A stretch of DNA of 63,755 bases. Source: Bacteroidaceae bacterium (GTDB lineage: Bacteria > Bacteroidota > Bacteroidia > Bacteroidales > Bacteroidaceae). The DNA lies in contig JAZONI010000128.1 of assembly GCA_045654445.1 (NCBI GenBank), positions 1 through 63,755 on the forward strand. The letters run 5' to 3'. Both the position numbers and the translations under genes were made by a program. Position 1 is the stretch's first letter, and every line of letters starts with the position of its first letter. Of the stretch, positions 9,778-19,992 are shown one piece after another. The notes beneath the pieces were generated by a model, which saw only the letters and a list, made by a program, of their open reading frames with translations, made no database searches and had not been told where the DNA came from.

Positions 9778-10950
9778 TTAATTGATTAAATGAATATGAT
9801 TGATACTCTCGAGTTGCTTGATTACGTTTCTTTTCTTTACTTCATTGTAGCGTGTTGCACTTCGGCTGGCACCATTGATATTACCGATATAGAAAGATAC
9901 CGTGAACAGACCGCACAACCCTGCTAGGCCATAGTTCTGAGATCTTATGCTAGTATATGTGGCGTATCCAAGCGCACCATTTACCAATAATGCTGTAAGG
10001 GCACTACCCTTGTGCCCGCTATACAGGTATCCAAGTCCAGGAATGATAGAAAGATATTTCGCTACAGTAGGATTCTTTTTCTTCTGTTTACTGAGTTGAT
10101 CAAGCAGTGCTCTGTTTCTTTCGTAAGTAGACGGATTATATTGCGCTGCTTGCTCAAAAGAACGAGCAGCATTGTCATACTCCTCCATATAGACTTGAGT
10201 GATACCTCGCAAGATGTATTGATGGTAATATGAGATCGAATCGCCATAGGCATCTAATACATTGAGCTTGTTTATGGTCTCCTCGTAGTTTCTTGTTTCG
10301 TAGTAGGTCAGCGCAGCTTGTATACAAATATGATTGTTTGACTTAGCAACACTATCTCTCAATGTCTCATAATCAAATATAGCCTCCTCGTGCATACCGA
10401 GAGCACGCATACATAACAACTTTTTGGCATAAAGTTGGGGAATGAACACATTATCCATAAACTCTATACGACGGATCTCCAATAATGCACTACTATAGTC
10501 ACTCTCATTGATGAGATAGTTCACAAACTGCAATCGTGCGTCGGGCCATCTCTTCGTTTCAGTATATAAGCGTCCAACATTTGACACTGGTACAGGCATA
10601 AAGTCAGGATTATCGACACAACTACGTAGCCCATAGATATGGGTTTTATCATATAGATGCTGGTCGTGACTGCAACGGATAAGTCTATCCGATGTCATTG
10701 TCATCGCTTTAAAAAAGGAATACTCTCCGAAAACCTGTAACCCGTAGTTTGAACACGAAGGATACATAGCACAGCGTCCACTCTTGAGTCCGCTGACATA
10801 CTTTTGATACAGGTCGATGTAGTCGTGCACAGCATTGCTTTGGATTGTCTGCTCATCACTTATTAGATAGCCGTCAACCCTTTCTTGCGCTCTCATAGCG
10901 CTTATTGCAGTAAATATAGCACATATTACTGCCAATATTGTTCTGCGCAT
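9778..10950 (-). CDS. YidD(DUF37)-domain / TPR-like / two-TM fusion protein
   Basis: 390 aa. It has a signal peptide, the YidD motif (CAMYPSCSNYG...RLIRCSHD), ~200 aa of helical TPR-like repeats and a C-terminal Gly-rich TM pair (IIPGLGYLYSGHKGSALTALLVNG). Confidence 0.7.
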   Translation of the reverse strand: MRRTILAVICAIFTAISAMRAQERVDGYLISDEQTIQSNAVHDYIDLYQKYVSGLKSGRCAMYPSCSNYGLQVFGEYSFFKAMTMTSDRLIRCSHDQHLYDKTHIYGLRSCVDNPDFMPVPVSNVGRLYTETKRWPDARLQFVNYLINESDYSSALLEIRRIEFMDNVFIPQLYAKKLLCMRALGMHEEAIFDYETLRDSVAKSNNHICIQAALTYYETRNYEETINKLNVLDAYGDSISYYHQYILRGITQVYMEEYDNAARSFEQAAQYNPSTYERNRALLDQLSKQKKKNPTVAKYLSIIPGLGYLYSGHKGSALTALLVNGALGYATYTSIRSQNYGLAGLCGLFTVSFYIGNINGASRSATRYNEVKKRNVIKQLESINHIHLIN

Positions 10951-11386
10951 TTCACCACATCGCCGCCCTGTCCCCTGCGTTTGGCCTTTAAATATAAAAA
11001 TAGGTGCAGGAACTTATTGTTTTATCCTCAGTTCAGGCCTTCGCATTGCCTTGGAATGAATAAAACAATAGCCCACACCAATTTGATAATATCTCAAAGT
11101 CTTGCAATGTTTACTGCAAGAAGATAAAACCAAACGATGCGGTGCTACTGCAATCATCTTCATTCCATTTGTCAAAGTTGCGAAGTTTGAACTGAGAAGA
11201 TAATTTCAATAACACCTTTTCTAACCAAAAAGTACTTTCCCTTGCAGACTGCTCTCAGTCCTACAGAAAAGTACGGCAAAGGTAGTAAAACTTTTCAATA
11301 CACAGTACACAATTATCAAATTATTTGCCTTTTCGCCAAATTCTTTGTATATTCGCATATCACAAACTGCATGTATGCAATAAAAT

Positions 11387-11827
11387 ATGAAAGAGTTGAC
11401 AACAACATTTCTGGAGAAAATGCCACAGACATTCTTCATGTGCATTCACGATGCTTGCCCCTTGGCAGGGCAATGCCTTCGCCACATGGCATGGGAGGCG
11501 TTACCCGCCAGTGAGGAGCGCATCAGCATCATCAATCCTAAGTGTGTGGAGCCTGGTGCGGCATGCCGCCACTACCGTCCAACTACTCCTGTAACCTATG
11601 CTCGGGGGTTCCGCAACATGCAAGCACAGATGCTTCCGGCGCAGTATGCAAAGTTTAGCGAAGCGCTGATGAGGCGTTTCTCGCGTTCGTCTTATTATGA
11701 GCACCGCCGGGGTACTATGCTGTGCACACCCAATGACATAACTTATATTCGTGGCGTATTGAACGAACTGGGACTTTCGAACTTGGAGTTTGATGTCTAC
11801 GAAGAGCGCTACAACTGGATTGACTAA
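11387..11827 (+). CDS. Hypothetical protein with Cys-rich N-terminus
   Basis: 146-aa ORF with CIHDACPLAGQCLRH and a further Cys (GAACRHY). Its codon usage resembles neighbouring genes, and it is isolated by long non-coding flanks. I could not assign a family. Confidence 0.5.
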   Translation: MKELTTTFLEKMPQTFFMCIHDACPLAGQCLRHMAWEALPASEERISIINPKCVEPGAACRHYRPTTPVTYARGFRNMQAQMLPAQYAKFSEALMRRFSRSSYYEHRRGTMLCTPNDITYIRGVLNELGLSNLEFDVYEERYNWID

Positions 11828-11969
11828 AGAGAAATGTCAGTCCAGAGCCTTCAGGACTGCAGTCTGATACCATTGGGACTCGAGTCCAAAAGGCTTTGGA
11901 CTAGCAAAACGATAGTAGCAATAAATAAAGTAAAAGCACCAAAAATTTCTTCATTTACGAGGTTTTTTG

Positions 11970-11977
11970 TACTTTTG
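11970..11977 (+). promoter_or_regulatory. Putative -7 box TACTTTTG for metG
   Basis: Exact TAnnTTTG match 28 nt upstream of ATG 12005. Confidence 0.45.
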
Positions 11978-12004
11978 CCGATTAGAAAATAACTGAACAA
12001 GAAT

Positions 12005-14065
12005 ATGGAAAAGAAATTCAAGAGAACGACCGTCACTTCGGCACTCCCCTATGCCAACGGTCCTGTACATATTGGCCACTTGGCGGGTGTGTATGTACCT
12101 GCCGACATCTATGTGCGCTACCTTCGTCTCAAGGGCGAGGAGGTGCTCTTTGTGGGTGGATCTGACGAGCATGGTGTACCCGTAACCCAGCGCGCTCGCA
12201 AGGAGGGTATCACTCCGCAGGATGTGGTGGACCGCTACCATAATATCATCAAGAATAGTTTCAAGGAGTTCGGTATCTCGTTTGATGTATATAGCCGCAC
12301 CACGTCGGATGTGCATCATAAGTTTGCCTCTGACTTCTTCCGCAAGCTCTACGATGAGGGCAAGTTGGTGGAGCAGTCTACCAAGCAGTTCTACGACGAG
12401 AAGACCGAGAAGTTCCTCACCGATCGCGATGTAGTGGGCGAGTGCCCCTACTGCCACAAGCAGGCCTACGGTAACCAGTGTGAGGAGGGTTGCGGACGCG
12501 CGCTTGAGCCTACCGAACTCATCAATCCCCGTTCGAAAGAGACAGGCGAAACTCCCGTACTCAAGGAGACCAAGAACTGGTATCTCCCTCTTAACGAATA
12601 TCAGCAGTGGCTGAAGGAGTGGATCCTCGAGGGTCACAAGGAGTGGCGTCCCAATGTATATGGCCAGTGCAAGTCTTGGCTCGATATGGACCTTCAGCCC
12701 CGTGCTATGACCCGCGACCTTGACTGGGGTATCCCTGTACCTGTAGAGGGTGCTGACGGCAAGGTGCTCTATGTATGGTTCGATGCGCCTATCGGCTATA
12801 TCTCAAACACTAAGGAACTCTGCGACAACGAACCCGAAAAGTGGGGTTCTTGGGAGAAATGGTGGCAAGATGAGGATACACGCTTGCTCCACTTCATCGG
12901 TAAGGACAATATCGTGTTCCACTGCATCATCTTCCCCGTGATGATGAAGGCACACGGCAAATATGTCATGCCCGACAACGTGCCCAGCAATGAGTTCCTC
13001 AACCTCGAGGACGACAAGATCTCTACCTCACGCAACTGGGCAGTGTGGTTGCACGAGTATCTCGTGGACTTCCCCGGCAAGCAGGATGTGTTGCGCTATG
13101 TGCTCACCGCCAATGCTCCCGAGACAAAGGACAATAACTTCACTTGGAAGGACTTCCAGGCACGCAATAACAATGAACTCGTAGCCGTATACGGTAACTT
13201 CGTGAACCGTGCCCTCGTGCTCACTCACAAGTACTTCGACGGCAAGGTACCCGCATGTGGCGAACTCACTGACTATGACAAGGCCACTATCGCCGAGTTT
13301 ATGGATGTGAAGGCCGAGGTAGAGAAATTGCTCGATGGCTTTAAGTTCCGTGAGGCACAGAAGGAGGCCATGAACCTCGCCCGTATCGGCAACAAGTATC
13401 TTGCAGATACCGAGCCATGGAAACTTGCCAAGACAGATATGGAGCGTGTAGGTACCATCCTCAACCTCTCATTGCAGTTGGCTGCTAACCTTGCTATTGC
13501 CTTCGAGCCCTTCTTGCCCTTTAGCAGCGAGAAGTTGCGCGGCATGCTCGGTATGGAGAATTTCGAGTGGGAGCAGCTCGGTCGCACCGATCTTCTCGCC
13601 GCAGATCACCAACTCGGCAAGGCAGAACTCTTGTTCGAGAAGATTGAAGACAGCGCCATCGATGCACAGATGCAGCGCCTCGAAGATATCAAGAAGGCCA
13701 ACGAGGCTGCCAACTACAAGGCTGAGCCCGTGAAACCGCTCGTGTCGTTCGAAGACTGGGAGAAACTCGACATCCGCGTAGGTACCGTACTCGAGTGTGA
13801 GCGCGTGCCCAAGATGAAGAAGCTCCTCAAGTTCAAGATTGCCGACGGCCTTGGCGACCGCACCATCGTGAGCGGTATCGCCGAGCACTATGCCCCCGAG
13901 GAACTCGTAGGCAAGCAGGTACTCTTCATTGCCAACTTTGCTCCCCGTCAGTTCAAGAACGGGCTCGTGAGCGAAGGCATGATCCTGAGCGCTGTAGACT
14001 ACGATGGCTCACTTGCTGTAACCTCACTCCTTCGCGAGGTGAAGCCCGGTAGCCAGGTAGGATAA
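12005..14065 (+). CDS. metG: Methionyl-tRNA synthetase with C-terminal tRNA-binding (EMAP/Trbp111-like) domain
   Basis: HIGH motif (PVHIGHLAG), Zn knuckle ([18 protein letters not shown]), KMSKS-like KISTSRN, and a C-terminal DIRVGTV...KFKIADG domain. Confidence 0.95.
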   Translation: MEKKFKRTTVTSALPYANGPVHIGHLAGVYVPADIYVRYLRLKGEEVLFVGGSDEHGVPVTQRARKEGITPQDVVDRYHNIIKNSFKEFGISFDVYSRTTSDVHHKFASDFFRKLYDEGKLVEQSTKQFYDEKTEKFLTDRDVVGECPYCHKQAYGNQCEEGCGRALEPTELINPRSKETGETPVLKETKNWYLPLNEYQQWLKEWILEGHKEWRPNVYGQCKSWLDMDLQPRAMTRDLDWGIPVPVEGADGKVLYVWFDAPIGYISNTKELCDNEPEKWGSWEKWWQDEDTRLLHFIGKDNIVFHCIIFPVMMKAHGKYVMPDNVPSNEFLNLEDDKISTSRNWAVWLHEYLVDFPGKQDVLRYVLTANAPETKDNNFTWKDFQARNNNELVAVYGNFVNRALVLTHKYFDGKVPACGELTDYDKATIAEFMDVKAEVEKLLDGFKFREAQKEAMNLARIGNKYLADTEPWKLAKTDMERVGTILNLSLQLAANLAIAFEPFLPFSSEKLRGMLGMENFEWEQLGRTDLLAADHQLGKAELLFEKIEDSAIDAQMQRLEDIKKANEAANYKAEPVKPLVSFEDWEKLDIRVGTVLECERVPKMKKLLKFKIADGLGDRTIVSGIAEHYAPEELVGKQVLFIANFAPRQFKNGLVSEGMILSAVDYDGSLAVTSLLREVKPGSQVG

Positions 14066-14089
14066 GCATACATTATAAAAGAAACAACG

Positions 14090-14124
14090 ACACCACTTCC
14101 CCAAGGGAGGTGGTGTTTTCTGTT
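14090..14124 (+). terminator. Rho-independent terminator after metG
   Basis: 11-bp stem acaccacttcc / ggaggtggtgt (one G-U), loop ccaag, then ttttctgtt. Confidence 0.75.
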
Positions 14125-14243
14125 CTATATATATCGCCTTTAGAACTCCATTTTATATATTCATAACTAAGCACGTCACGCTTTAGGGCAAAGTACCGGC
14201 AAAAGACATCTCTTGCGGTATTTCCAGACATAGTATGACTATA

Positions 14244-15314
14244 TTATGAATGAGCAGGATGGTGTTTGTGGCTGTTCCTGAAAAGACGATTAATGATCAG
14301 TTCAATAACCAAGGGGACCGCAGCGCCAACTACCGAATAGAGGATCCACCACCCATGTCGTGCGCTATGAGGAACAGGGAAGGCTAACAAATCTTGATGA
14401 GACATCACTCCTATAGTCACTAATAATAAAGTTAATAACTTAAAGGAGAGAAAGTGCCATATCATAATATGTAAAGTACGTTTGCCTATGTAGTCCAAGG
14501 CATTTGAAATAGTTGAATGCTGCAGGAAGGTCGATATCTGCATCACCATGATGCAACCAGACAAGGCAATTACCCAATATAGGAATATTTGCCATGTATC
14601 TACCGTATGCATTTTAACAGGCATATATATGCTACCCGCAATTGTTAAAACTGCACCTATCAACCAAAGGCATTTGTTTAGCTTGAGTTGTTTCATTTCT
14701 GGACTATATAGTTTGTATAGGTAGCCAGAGAGAAAGAATGTCAAACATAGAAAGGTCAATTTATATATAATGCCAGTAATATGTAGATTAATGCTATAAC
14801 TTAAAATTGTGAGGAACACAGTCAATAGAAGGGCTGACACTATGAATGGAGTGTTTTTATCAATATTCCTTCTCTTACATACAGTCTGGTGTAGTTTCAG
14901 TATTATCCATCCTATAATAGTCACACGTATCAGTTGCTGCAGAAACCAAAATGTACCCAACATATCTTCAGACTGCGCCATAAGTCCTGATAATAGTATC
15001 CTCTTCAGGATTTCCGACCATGTATATTCTGTTGCTTCAAACCCCGCGAGGAACAATAAATTGTGCAATAGGATGAAGATGATGTTCCATTTTAAGAAGG
15101 GCCACCAGAGTGATTTCACCTTTTTCTTCAGAAAAGAGATAAATGAGCATAGCCCTTTCTCATTAAAGAGGTAGCCCGAAACAAAGAAGAAGAAAGGCAT
15201 GTGAAACATGTATAACCAATCCTTTATGGCCTTAGGACAGGCACTATGCCCTATTACCATCAGCAGGATGCAAATCCCCTTTCCTATTGATATCGCTTTA
15301 TTATGACTATTCAT
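14244..15314 (-). CDS. Acyltransferase-3 family membrane O-acyltransferase
   Basis: 356 aa and about 10 TM helices. The N-terminus IGKGICILLMVIGHS...FHMPFFFFVSGY is typical of acyltransferase family 3. It is divergent from the glycan operon. Confidence 0.75.
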   Translation of the reverse strand: MNSHNKAISIGKGICILLMVIGHSACPKAIKDWLYMFHMPFFFFVSGYLFNEKGLCSFISFLKKKVKSLWWPFLKWNIIFILLHNLLFLAGFEATEYTWSEILKRILLSGLMAQSEDMLGTFWFLQQLIRVTIIGWIILKLHQTVCKRRNIDKNTPFIVSALLLTVFLTILSYSINLHITGIIYKLTFLCLTFFLSGYLYKLYSPEMKQLKLNKCLWLIGAVLTIAGSIYMPVKMHTVDTWQIFLYWVIALSGCIMVMQISTFLQHSTISNALDYIGKRTLHIMIWHFLSFKLLTLLLVTIGVMSHQDLLAFPVPHSARHGWWILYSVVGAAVPLVIELIINRLFRNSHKHHPAHS

Positions 15315-15530
15315 CTATCCTATATTTATCAATCCGCTGTCAGATTTGCTCTATTCTCTTATTATTTGGTAGGAGGCTAAATCGTTAAAACGACCTTATT
15401 ATTTGACAAGGCGAAAGTACATAGAATATCTGATATGACAAAGAATGCGGGAGAAATGTTAGCTCAGTATTTTATATACCCCATTTTTAATAAAAAAAGC
15501 AAATGCGGTGGCAAACTCACTTTTTCTTAT

Positions 15531-15538
15531 TAACTTTG
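15531..15538 (+). promoter_or_regulatory. Putative -7 box TAACTTTG for the first glycan-island operon
   Basis: Exact TAnnTTTG match 45 nt upstream of ATG 15583, in a 268-bp divergent spacer. Confidence 0.4.
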
Positions 15539-15582
15539 TCAAATTAATATAGTTGGACATAAAATATTATTAGATATAAGTA

Positions 15583-17400
15583 ATGCAAGCAATCATATTA
15601 GCAGCGGGTATGGGTAAGCGCCTTGGCGAACTCACCAAGAACAATACCAAATGTATGGTGTCTGTTAATGGCGAACGCTTAATAGATCGTATGCTAACTC
15701 AGCTCTCCTCACGAAGTTTGTCACGTGTGGTGATTGTGGTCGGTTATAAGAAGAATGAGCTGATTAGTCATATAGGCGACCGATATGATGACCGTATAAA
15801 GATAGAGTATGTACATAACGATATCTACGATAAGACAAACAATATATACTCCCTCGCATTAGCTAAGCAGTATATGCTTGAAGAGGATACGTTGTTGTTG
15901 GAATCGGATCTTATCTTTGATGACAATATGCTTGATCTTATTATCAACAATCCTTATCCCAATTTGGCGCTTGTTGCCAAATACGAGACCTGGATGGATG
16001 GTACGATGGTACGTATATCAGAGGATAATGACATCATGAGTTTCATTCCGAAGAAGGCTTTTAAATATTCAGAGATAGAGCACTATTATAAGACTTGCAA
16101 TATATATAAATTTAGTCGCGAGTTTTCGTCAACGCAGTATGTGCCCTTCTTGGAGGCCTACAGCAAAGCGATGGGTAATAATGAGTATTATGAACAGGTG
16201 CTTCGCGTGCTTACTGCCCTTGACCGTTCAGACTTGAAAGCACTACCCATAACTAATGAAAAGTGGTATGAAATAGATGATGTACAAGATCTTGATATTG
16301 CTGCAACAATGTTTTCGTCAGAGGATGAGTTGCTTGGCAAGTATTATCGTCGTTATGGTGGCTATTGGCGCTTCCCCCAGCTGAAAGATTATTGCTATCT
16401 GGTGAATCCCTACTACCCAAGTCCCAAGATGAAGGATGAGTTGCGGGCCAATTTCGACGTATTACTTACTGAATATCCTTCGGGGATGTATGTCAATTCC
16501 TTATTAGCAGGTAAGTATTTCGGAATCAGCCAAGATTATGTGGTGGTAGGTAATGGCGCTGCAGAGCTTATTAAGAGCTATATAGAGAATCATGTGGAGG
16601 GAAATATTGGTATCATATTCCCTACATTTGAGGAGTATCCCAATCGTGCATTGGCAGAGCGTATTATTAAGTATGTCCCCAATAATGCAGACTTCTCTTA
16701 TACAGCAAAAGATATCCAAACATTCTATGCAGATAAAGAACTCTCAACTATTCTCTTGATTAATCCAGATAATCCATCAGGAAACTTCATCCCTATGGCT
16801 GAGTTGTTGCCATTGATTGAATGGGCACATGAGCGCGGTATCACGATGGTTGTGGACGAGAGTTTTGTGGATTTTACAAATGATTTTGCTAATAATTCGC
16901 TGCTGCACAATAACGTGCTAGAGACACATAGTAATCTTGTTGTCGTAAAATCTATCAGCAAATCGTATGGTGTACCTGGATTGCGTTTGGGAATTCTTGC
17001 CTCGGGGAATAACGATTTAATCACACGTTTGAAGAAAGAGGTAGCGATATGGAATATCAATTCCTTTGCAGAGTTCTATATGCAGATTTTCGGTAAGTAT
17101 GAGAAAGATTATTTCGTTGCTTGTCAGAAGTTTATCGAGGAACGCGACATTTTCTTTGATGAGTTGAAAACTGTTTCATATTTGCGCGTTATACCTTCGC
17201 AAGCCAATTATTTCCTATGTGAAGTGACGGATAAGTATACGGCAACCGAACTAACCCAATTATTATTAAAACAATATAATATCCTTATCAAAGATTGTGG
17301 TACTAAATCAGCTTTTGCAGGTAAGCAATATATTCGTATTGCCATTCGCGACAGGGCTGATAATGCCTACTTTGTAAAAGCATTAAAAGAATTGTCATGA
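15583..17400 (+). CDS. Fusion protein: LicC/MobA-like nucleotidyl(cytidylyl)transferase + class I/II PLP-fold (HisC/CobD-like) domain
   Basis: The N-terminal ILAAGMGKRLG...NGERLIDR is a nucleotidyltransferase signature. The C-terminal half has LINPDNPSGN and SISKSYGVPGLRLG (PLP-Lys motif). Its stop overlaps the next start (ATGA at 17397-17400). Confidence 0.75.
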   Translation: MQAIILAAGMGKRLGELTKNNTKCMVSVNGERLIDRMLTQLSSRSLSRVVIVVGYKKNELISHIGDRYDDRIKIEYVHNDIYDKTNNIYSLALAKQYMLEEDTLLLESDLIFDDNMLDLIINNPYPNLALVAKYETWMDGTMVRISEDNDIMSFIPKKAFKYSEIEHYYKTCNIYKFSREFSSTQYVPFLEAYSKAMGNNEYYEQVLRVLTALDRSDLKALPITNEKWYEIDDVQDLDIAATMFSSEDELLGKYYRRYGGYWRFPQLKDYCYLVNPYYPSPKMKDELRANFDVLLTEYPSGMYVNSLLAGKYFGISQDYVVVGNGAAELIKSYIENHVEGNIGIIFPTFEEYPNRALAERIIKYVPNNADFSYTAKDIQTFYADKELSTILLINPDNPSGNFIPMAELLPLIEWAHERGITMVVDESFVDFTNDFANNSLLHNNVLETHSNLVVVKSISKSYGVPGLRLGILASGNNDLITRLKKEVAIWNINSFAEFYMQIFGKYEKDYFVACQKFIEERDIFFDELKTVSYLRVIPSQANYFLCEVTDKYTATELTQLLLKQYNILIKDCGTKSAFAGKQYIRIAIRDRADNAYFVKALKELS

Positions 17401-18410
17401 TGAGGACAGTATGTATTTGTGGAGGTGGTTCGTTGGGGCATGTTATAGCTGGCTATCTAGGCACAAAAGAAAATGTCTCTGTAAATATTTTAACACGAAA
17501 ACCCGAGTTGTGGAAGCGCGAATTGTGTATATCTACTCCTGAAGGTGATGTGCTGAAAGGTAAACTTAATATTATCAGTAATAAGCCCGAAGAGGCATTG
17601 CGTAATGCTACCATCGTGCTTTTGTGTTTACCAGGCTATGCAATCAAGAATGAGCTGCTTTATATAAGGCCCTATCTGACCGCACAGACATATGTGGGTT
17701 CTGTATTCTCTTCTACAGGTTTTTTCTTTGAGGCCTTGGACCTGCTCGAAGAGAATGTCCCTTTATGGGGATTTCAACGTGTGCCTTTTATTGCTCGTAC
17801 AGACAAGTATGGTGAGAGTGCCCACCTGTTGGGATATAAAAGCGCACATAACATCGCTGTTGAACGTAGCAATAATAAAGAAGTTTTTCGTCAACTTATC
17901 GAAGAATTGTTTGATGTACCAGTGCACTTACTAAATAACTATTACGAGGCTAGCTTTACCAATAGTAATCCGATTCTACATCCTTCGCGTTTATATACCT
18001 TGTTTAAAGATTGGAACGATAAGGTGTATTATGACCATCAGTATCTATTTTATGAGGAATGGACAGATGAGGCCTCGGAATTATTGATAGCATTGGATAG
18101 AGAATTATTTAAGATATTGGCATATTTGCCTGTTTCGACAGACTATCTAATGCCAATACTCCCTTATTATGAGAGTACTGATGCGCAAAGCCTTACCCGG
18201 AAGATACGCTCGATAAGTGGTTTCAAGGGTATTAAAGCTCCAATGACCTGTTCTGAGAAAGGCTGGCAGCCTGATTTGAATAGCCGCTACTTTCAAGAAG
18301 ACTTTATGTATGGTATACGATATATCCATCAAGAGGCACACAAATTAGGTGTTGATGTACCGTTGATTGATAAAGTATACGATTGGGGAAAGGGCTTGAT
18401 TAAAGGCTGA
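17397..18410 (+). CDS. NAD(P)-dependent octopine/nopaline-dehydrogenase-family reductase
   Basis: 337 aa with an N-terminal Rossmann motif (VCICGGGSLGHVIAGYL). Its length and layout fit the opine-DH / glycerol-phosphate-DH-like family. It is translationally coupled to the upstream fusion gene. Confidence 0.6.
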   Translation: MMRTVCICGGGSLGHVIAGYLGTKENVSVNILTRKPELWKRELCISTPEGDVLKGKLNIISNKPEEALRNATIVLLCLPGYAIKNELLYIRPYLTAQTYVGSVFSSTGFFFEALDLLEENVPLWGFQRVPFIARTDKYGESAHLLGYKSAHNIAVERSNNKEVFRQLIEELFDVPVHLLNNYYEASFTNSNPILHPSRLYTLFKDWNDKVYYDHQYLFYEEWTDEASELLIALDRELFKILAYLPVSTDYLMPILPYYESTDAQSLTRKIRSISGFKGIKAPMTCSEKGWQPDLNSRYFQEDFMYGIRYIHQEAHKLGVDVPLIDKVYDWGKGLIKG

Positions 18411-18456
18411 AATTCTCCTTAAATGTTATTAGTATATTTTTTTAAGCTGTTGAAGA

Positions 18457-19992
18457 ATGTCCTCAGTCAACCAGAAACGTATAGCTAAAAACACAGCCTT
18501 ACTCTATGTGAGGATGTTGTTTATTATGGTTGTCAGTCTGTATACCTCTCGTGTCATATTGCGCACTTTGGGTGAGATTGATTTTGGACTTTATACAGTA
18601 ATTGGTGGTATAGTTGTAGCTTTTTCGTTCCTTAATGGCGTGATGTCCTCGGCCTGTAGCCGTTATTTTGCTATTGAGATTGGAAGGGGGGACGATGACG
18701 CATTACGTAAGGTTTTTAACTTGAATGTTACTATATTTATTCTTCTAGGTGGGATTATCCTGTTATTAGCAGAGACTATTGGGCTTTGGTTTTTAAATCA
18801 TAAGATGGTGATACCTTCCGATAGAATGGAGGCTGCACAATGGGTGTATCAATGCTCTATTATCGCCTTTATCATAAATATGTTTGCAACTCCCTATCGT
18901 TCTGTGATAACTGCGCGAGAGAATATGAAGGTGTATGCTTATTGCAGTGTGGTAGAGGTGATATTGAAATTGGCGATTGTATATCTGTTGGTGGTATCTC
19001 CCTTTGATAAGTTGATACTTTATTCTGTATTGATGGTTAGCATCACTGTAGGGACTAGCTTGTTTTATGCTCTATATTGTCGGCGTTACTATGCCGAATG
19101 CCGCTATTCCTTCTATTGGGATAAGCCCCTCTTTAAGGAGATTGTAGGCTATACAGGATGGCAGGTTATTGGTGTAGCATCTGATATCGGGCGTAATCAG
19201 GGTGTGAATATCATTCTGAATATGTTCTTTGGTTCCATTGCCAATGCTGCGCGCGGTATAGCATACCAAGTATTTATGAATATTAACCAGTTTGTGCAGA
19301 ATTTTGTTATAGCATTTAGTCCACAGATTACCAAGTCCTACGCGGTAGGTGATAGAGAAGGGATGATGAAATTGGTGTTTCAGAGTTCGAAGTTTTCATA
19401 CTACCTATTGTATATGCTTATTCTTCCTGTTTGCATGGAGACTTCCAAGATATTGGAGATTTGGTTAGGTGATGTGCCTAAAGATACGGTTATCTTCTGT
19501 CAATTGACGTTAATTGCCGCGCTTATAGATTCGTTGCTATATCCATTGCTCACGGCTATTCGTGCTACGGGTAAGGTGAAATGGTATCAAATACTGGTAG
19601 GTGGTACTCTGCTGCTTACAGTGCCTATATGCTATGGTTTGTTCAAGTGGGGTAATCTTCCTGCTACTGCTGCTTTTTATGTAGTGATAGCAACATCTAT
19701 TGTCGCACAGATACTGCGTGTCGTAATTATGAGCCATTTGCATAAGATGAGTATAAAAGATTATGTTCAAGCCGTATTACAGCCTATATTGTTAGTAACT
19801 ATACTATCTGCAATTGTTCCTATGGTACTTAAATTAATTTTATCACCTAGCCTCTGGAGCACTTTGTGCTGTATAGTAATGAGTATAGCCTCTGTAGGAG
19901 TAACAATATGGTTGGTAGGCCTTACTGCTACAGAACGTTCTCAAATTTGTGATGTAATATCAAAGTATCTTGTTAAGTCTAAATCATCATGA
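18457..19992 (+). CDS. wzx: Polysaccharide flippase (Wzx / MOP superfamily)
   Basis: 511 aa with ~12-14 TM helices. The N-terminus KNTALLYVRMLFIMVVSLYTSRVILRTLG is typical of O-unit flippases. Confidence 0.75.
   Translation: MSSVNQKRIAKNTALLYVRMLFIMVVSLYTSRVILRTLGEIDFGLYTVIGGIVVAFSFLNGVMSSACSRYFAIEIGRGDDDALRKVFNLNVTIFILLGGIILLLAETIGLWFLNHKMVIPSDRMEAAQWVYQCSIIAFIINMFATPYRSVITARENMKVYAYCSVVEVILKLAIVYLLVVSPFDKLILYSVLMVSITVGTSLFYALYCRRYYAECRYSFYWDKPLFKEIVGYTGWQVIGVASDIGRNQGVNIILNMFFGSIANAARGIAYQVFMNINQFVQNFVIAFSPQITKSYAVGDREGMMKLVFQSSKFSYYLLYMLILPVCMETSKILEIWLGDVPKDTVIFCQLTLIAALIDSLLYPLLTAIRATGKVKWYQILVGGTLLLTVPICYGLFKWGNLPATAAFYVVIATSIVAQILRVVIMSHLHKMSIKDYVQAVLQPILLVTILSAIVPMVLKLILSPSLWSTLCCIVMSIASVGVTIWLVGLTATERSQICDVISKYLVKSKSS

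Noticed and set aside
11240-11875. Short inverted similarity (cagactgc..agtcct) on both sides of the 146-aa Cys-rich gene, possibly marking an invertible or mobile segment
   Set aside because: Only ~14 matching nucleotides with a 3-nt gap, no recombinase nearby, and easily explained by chance.
11951-12637. 228-aa minus-strand ORF overlapping the metG start region
   Set aside because: It is antisense to metG, whose motifs are unambiguous, and it would run through the metG promoter. No motifs were found. It is a shadow ORF.
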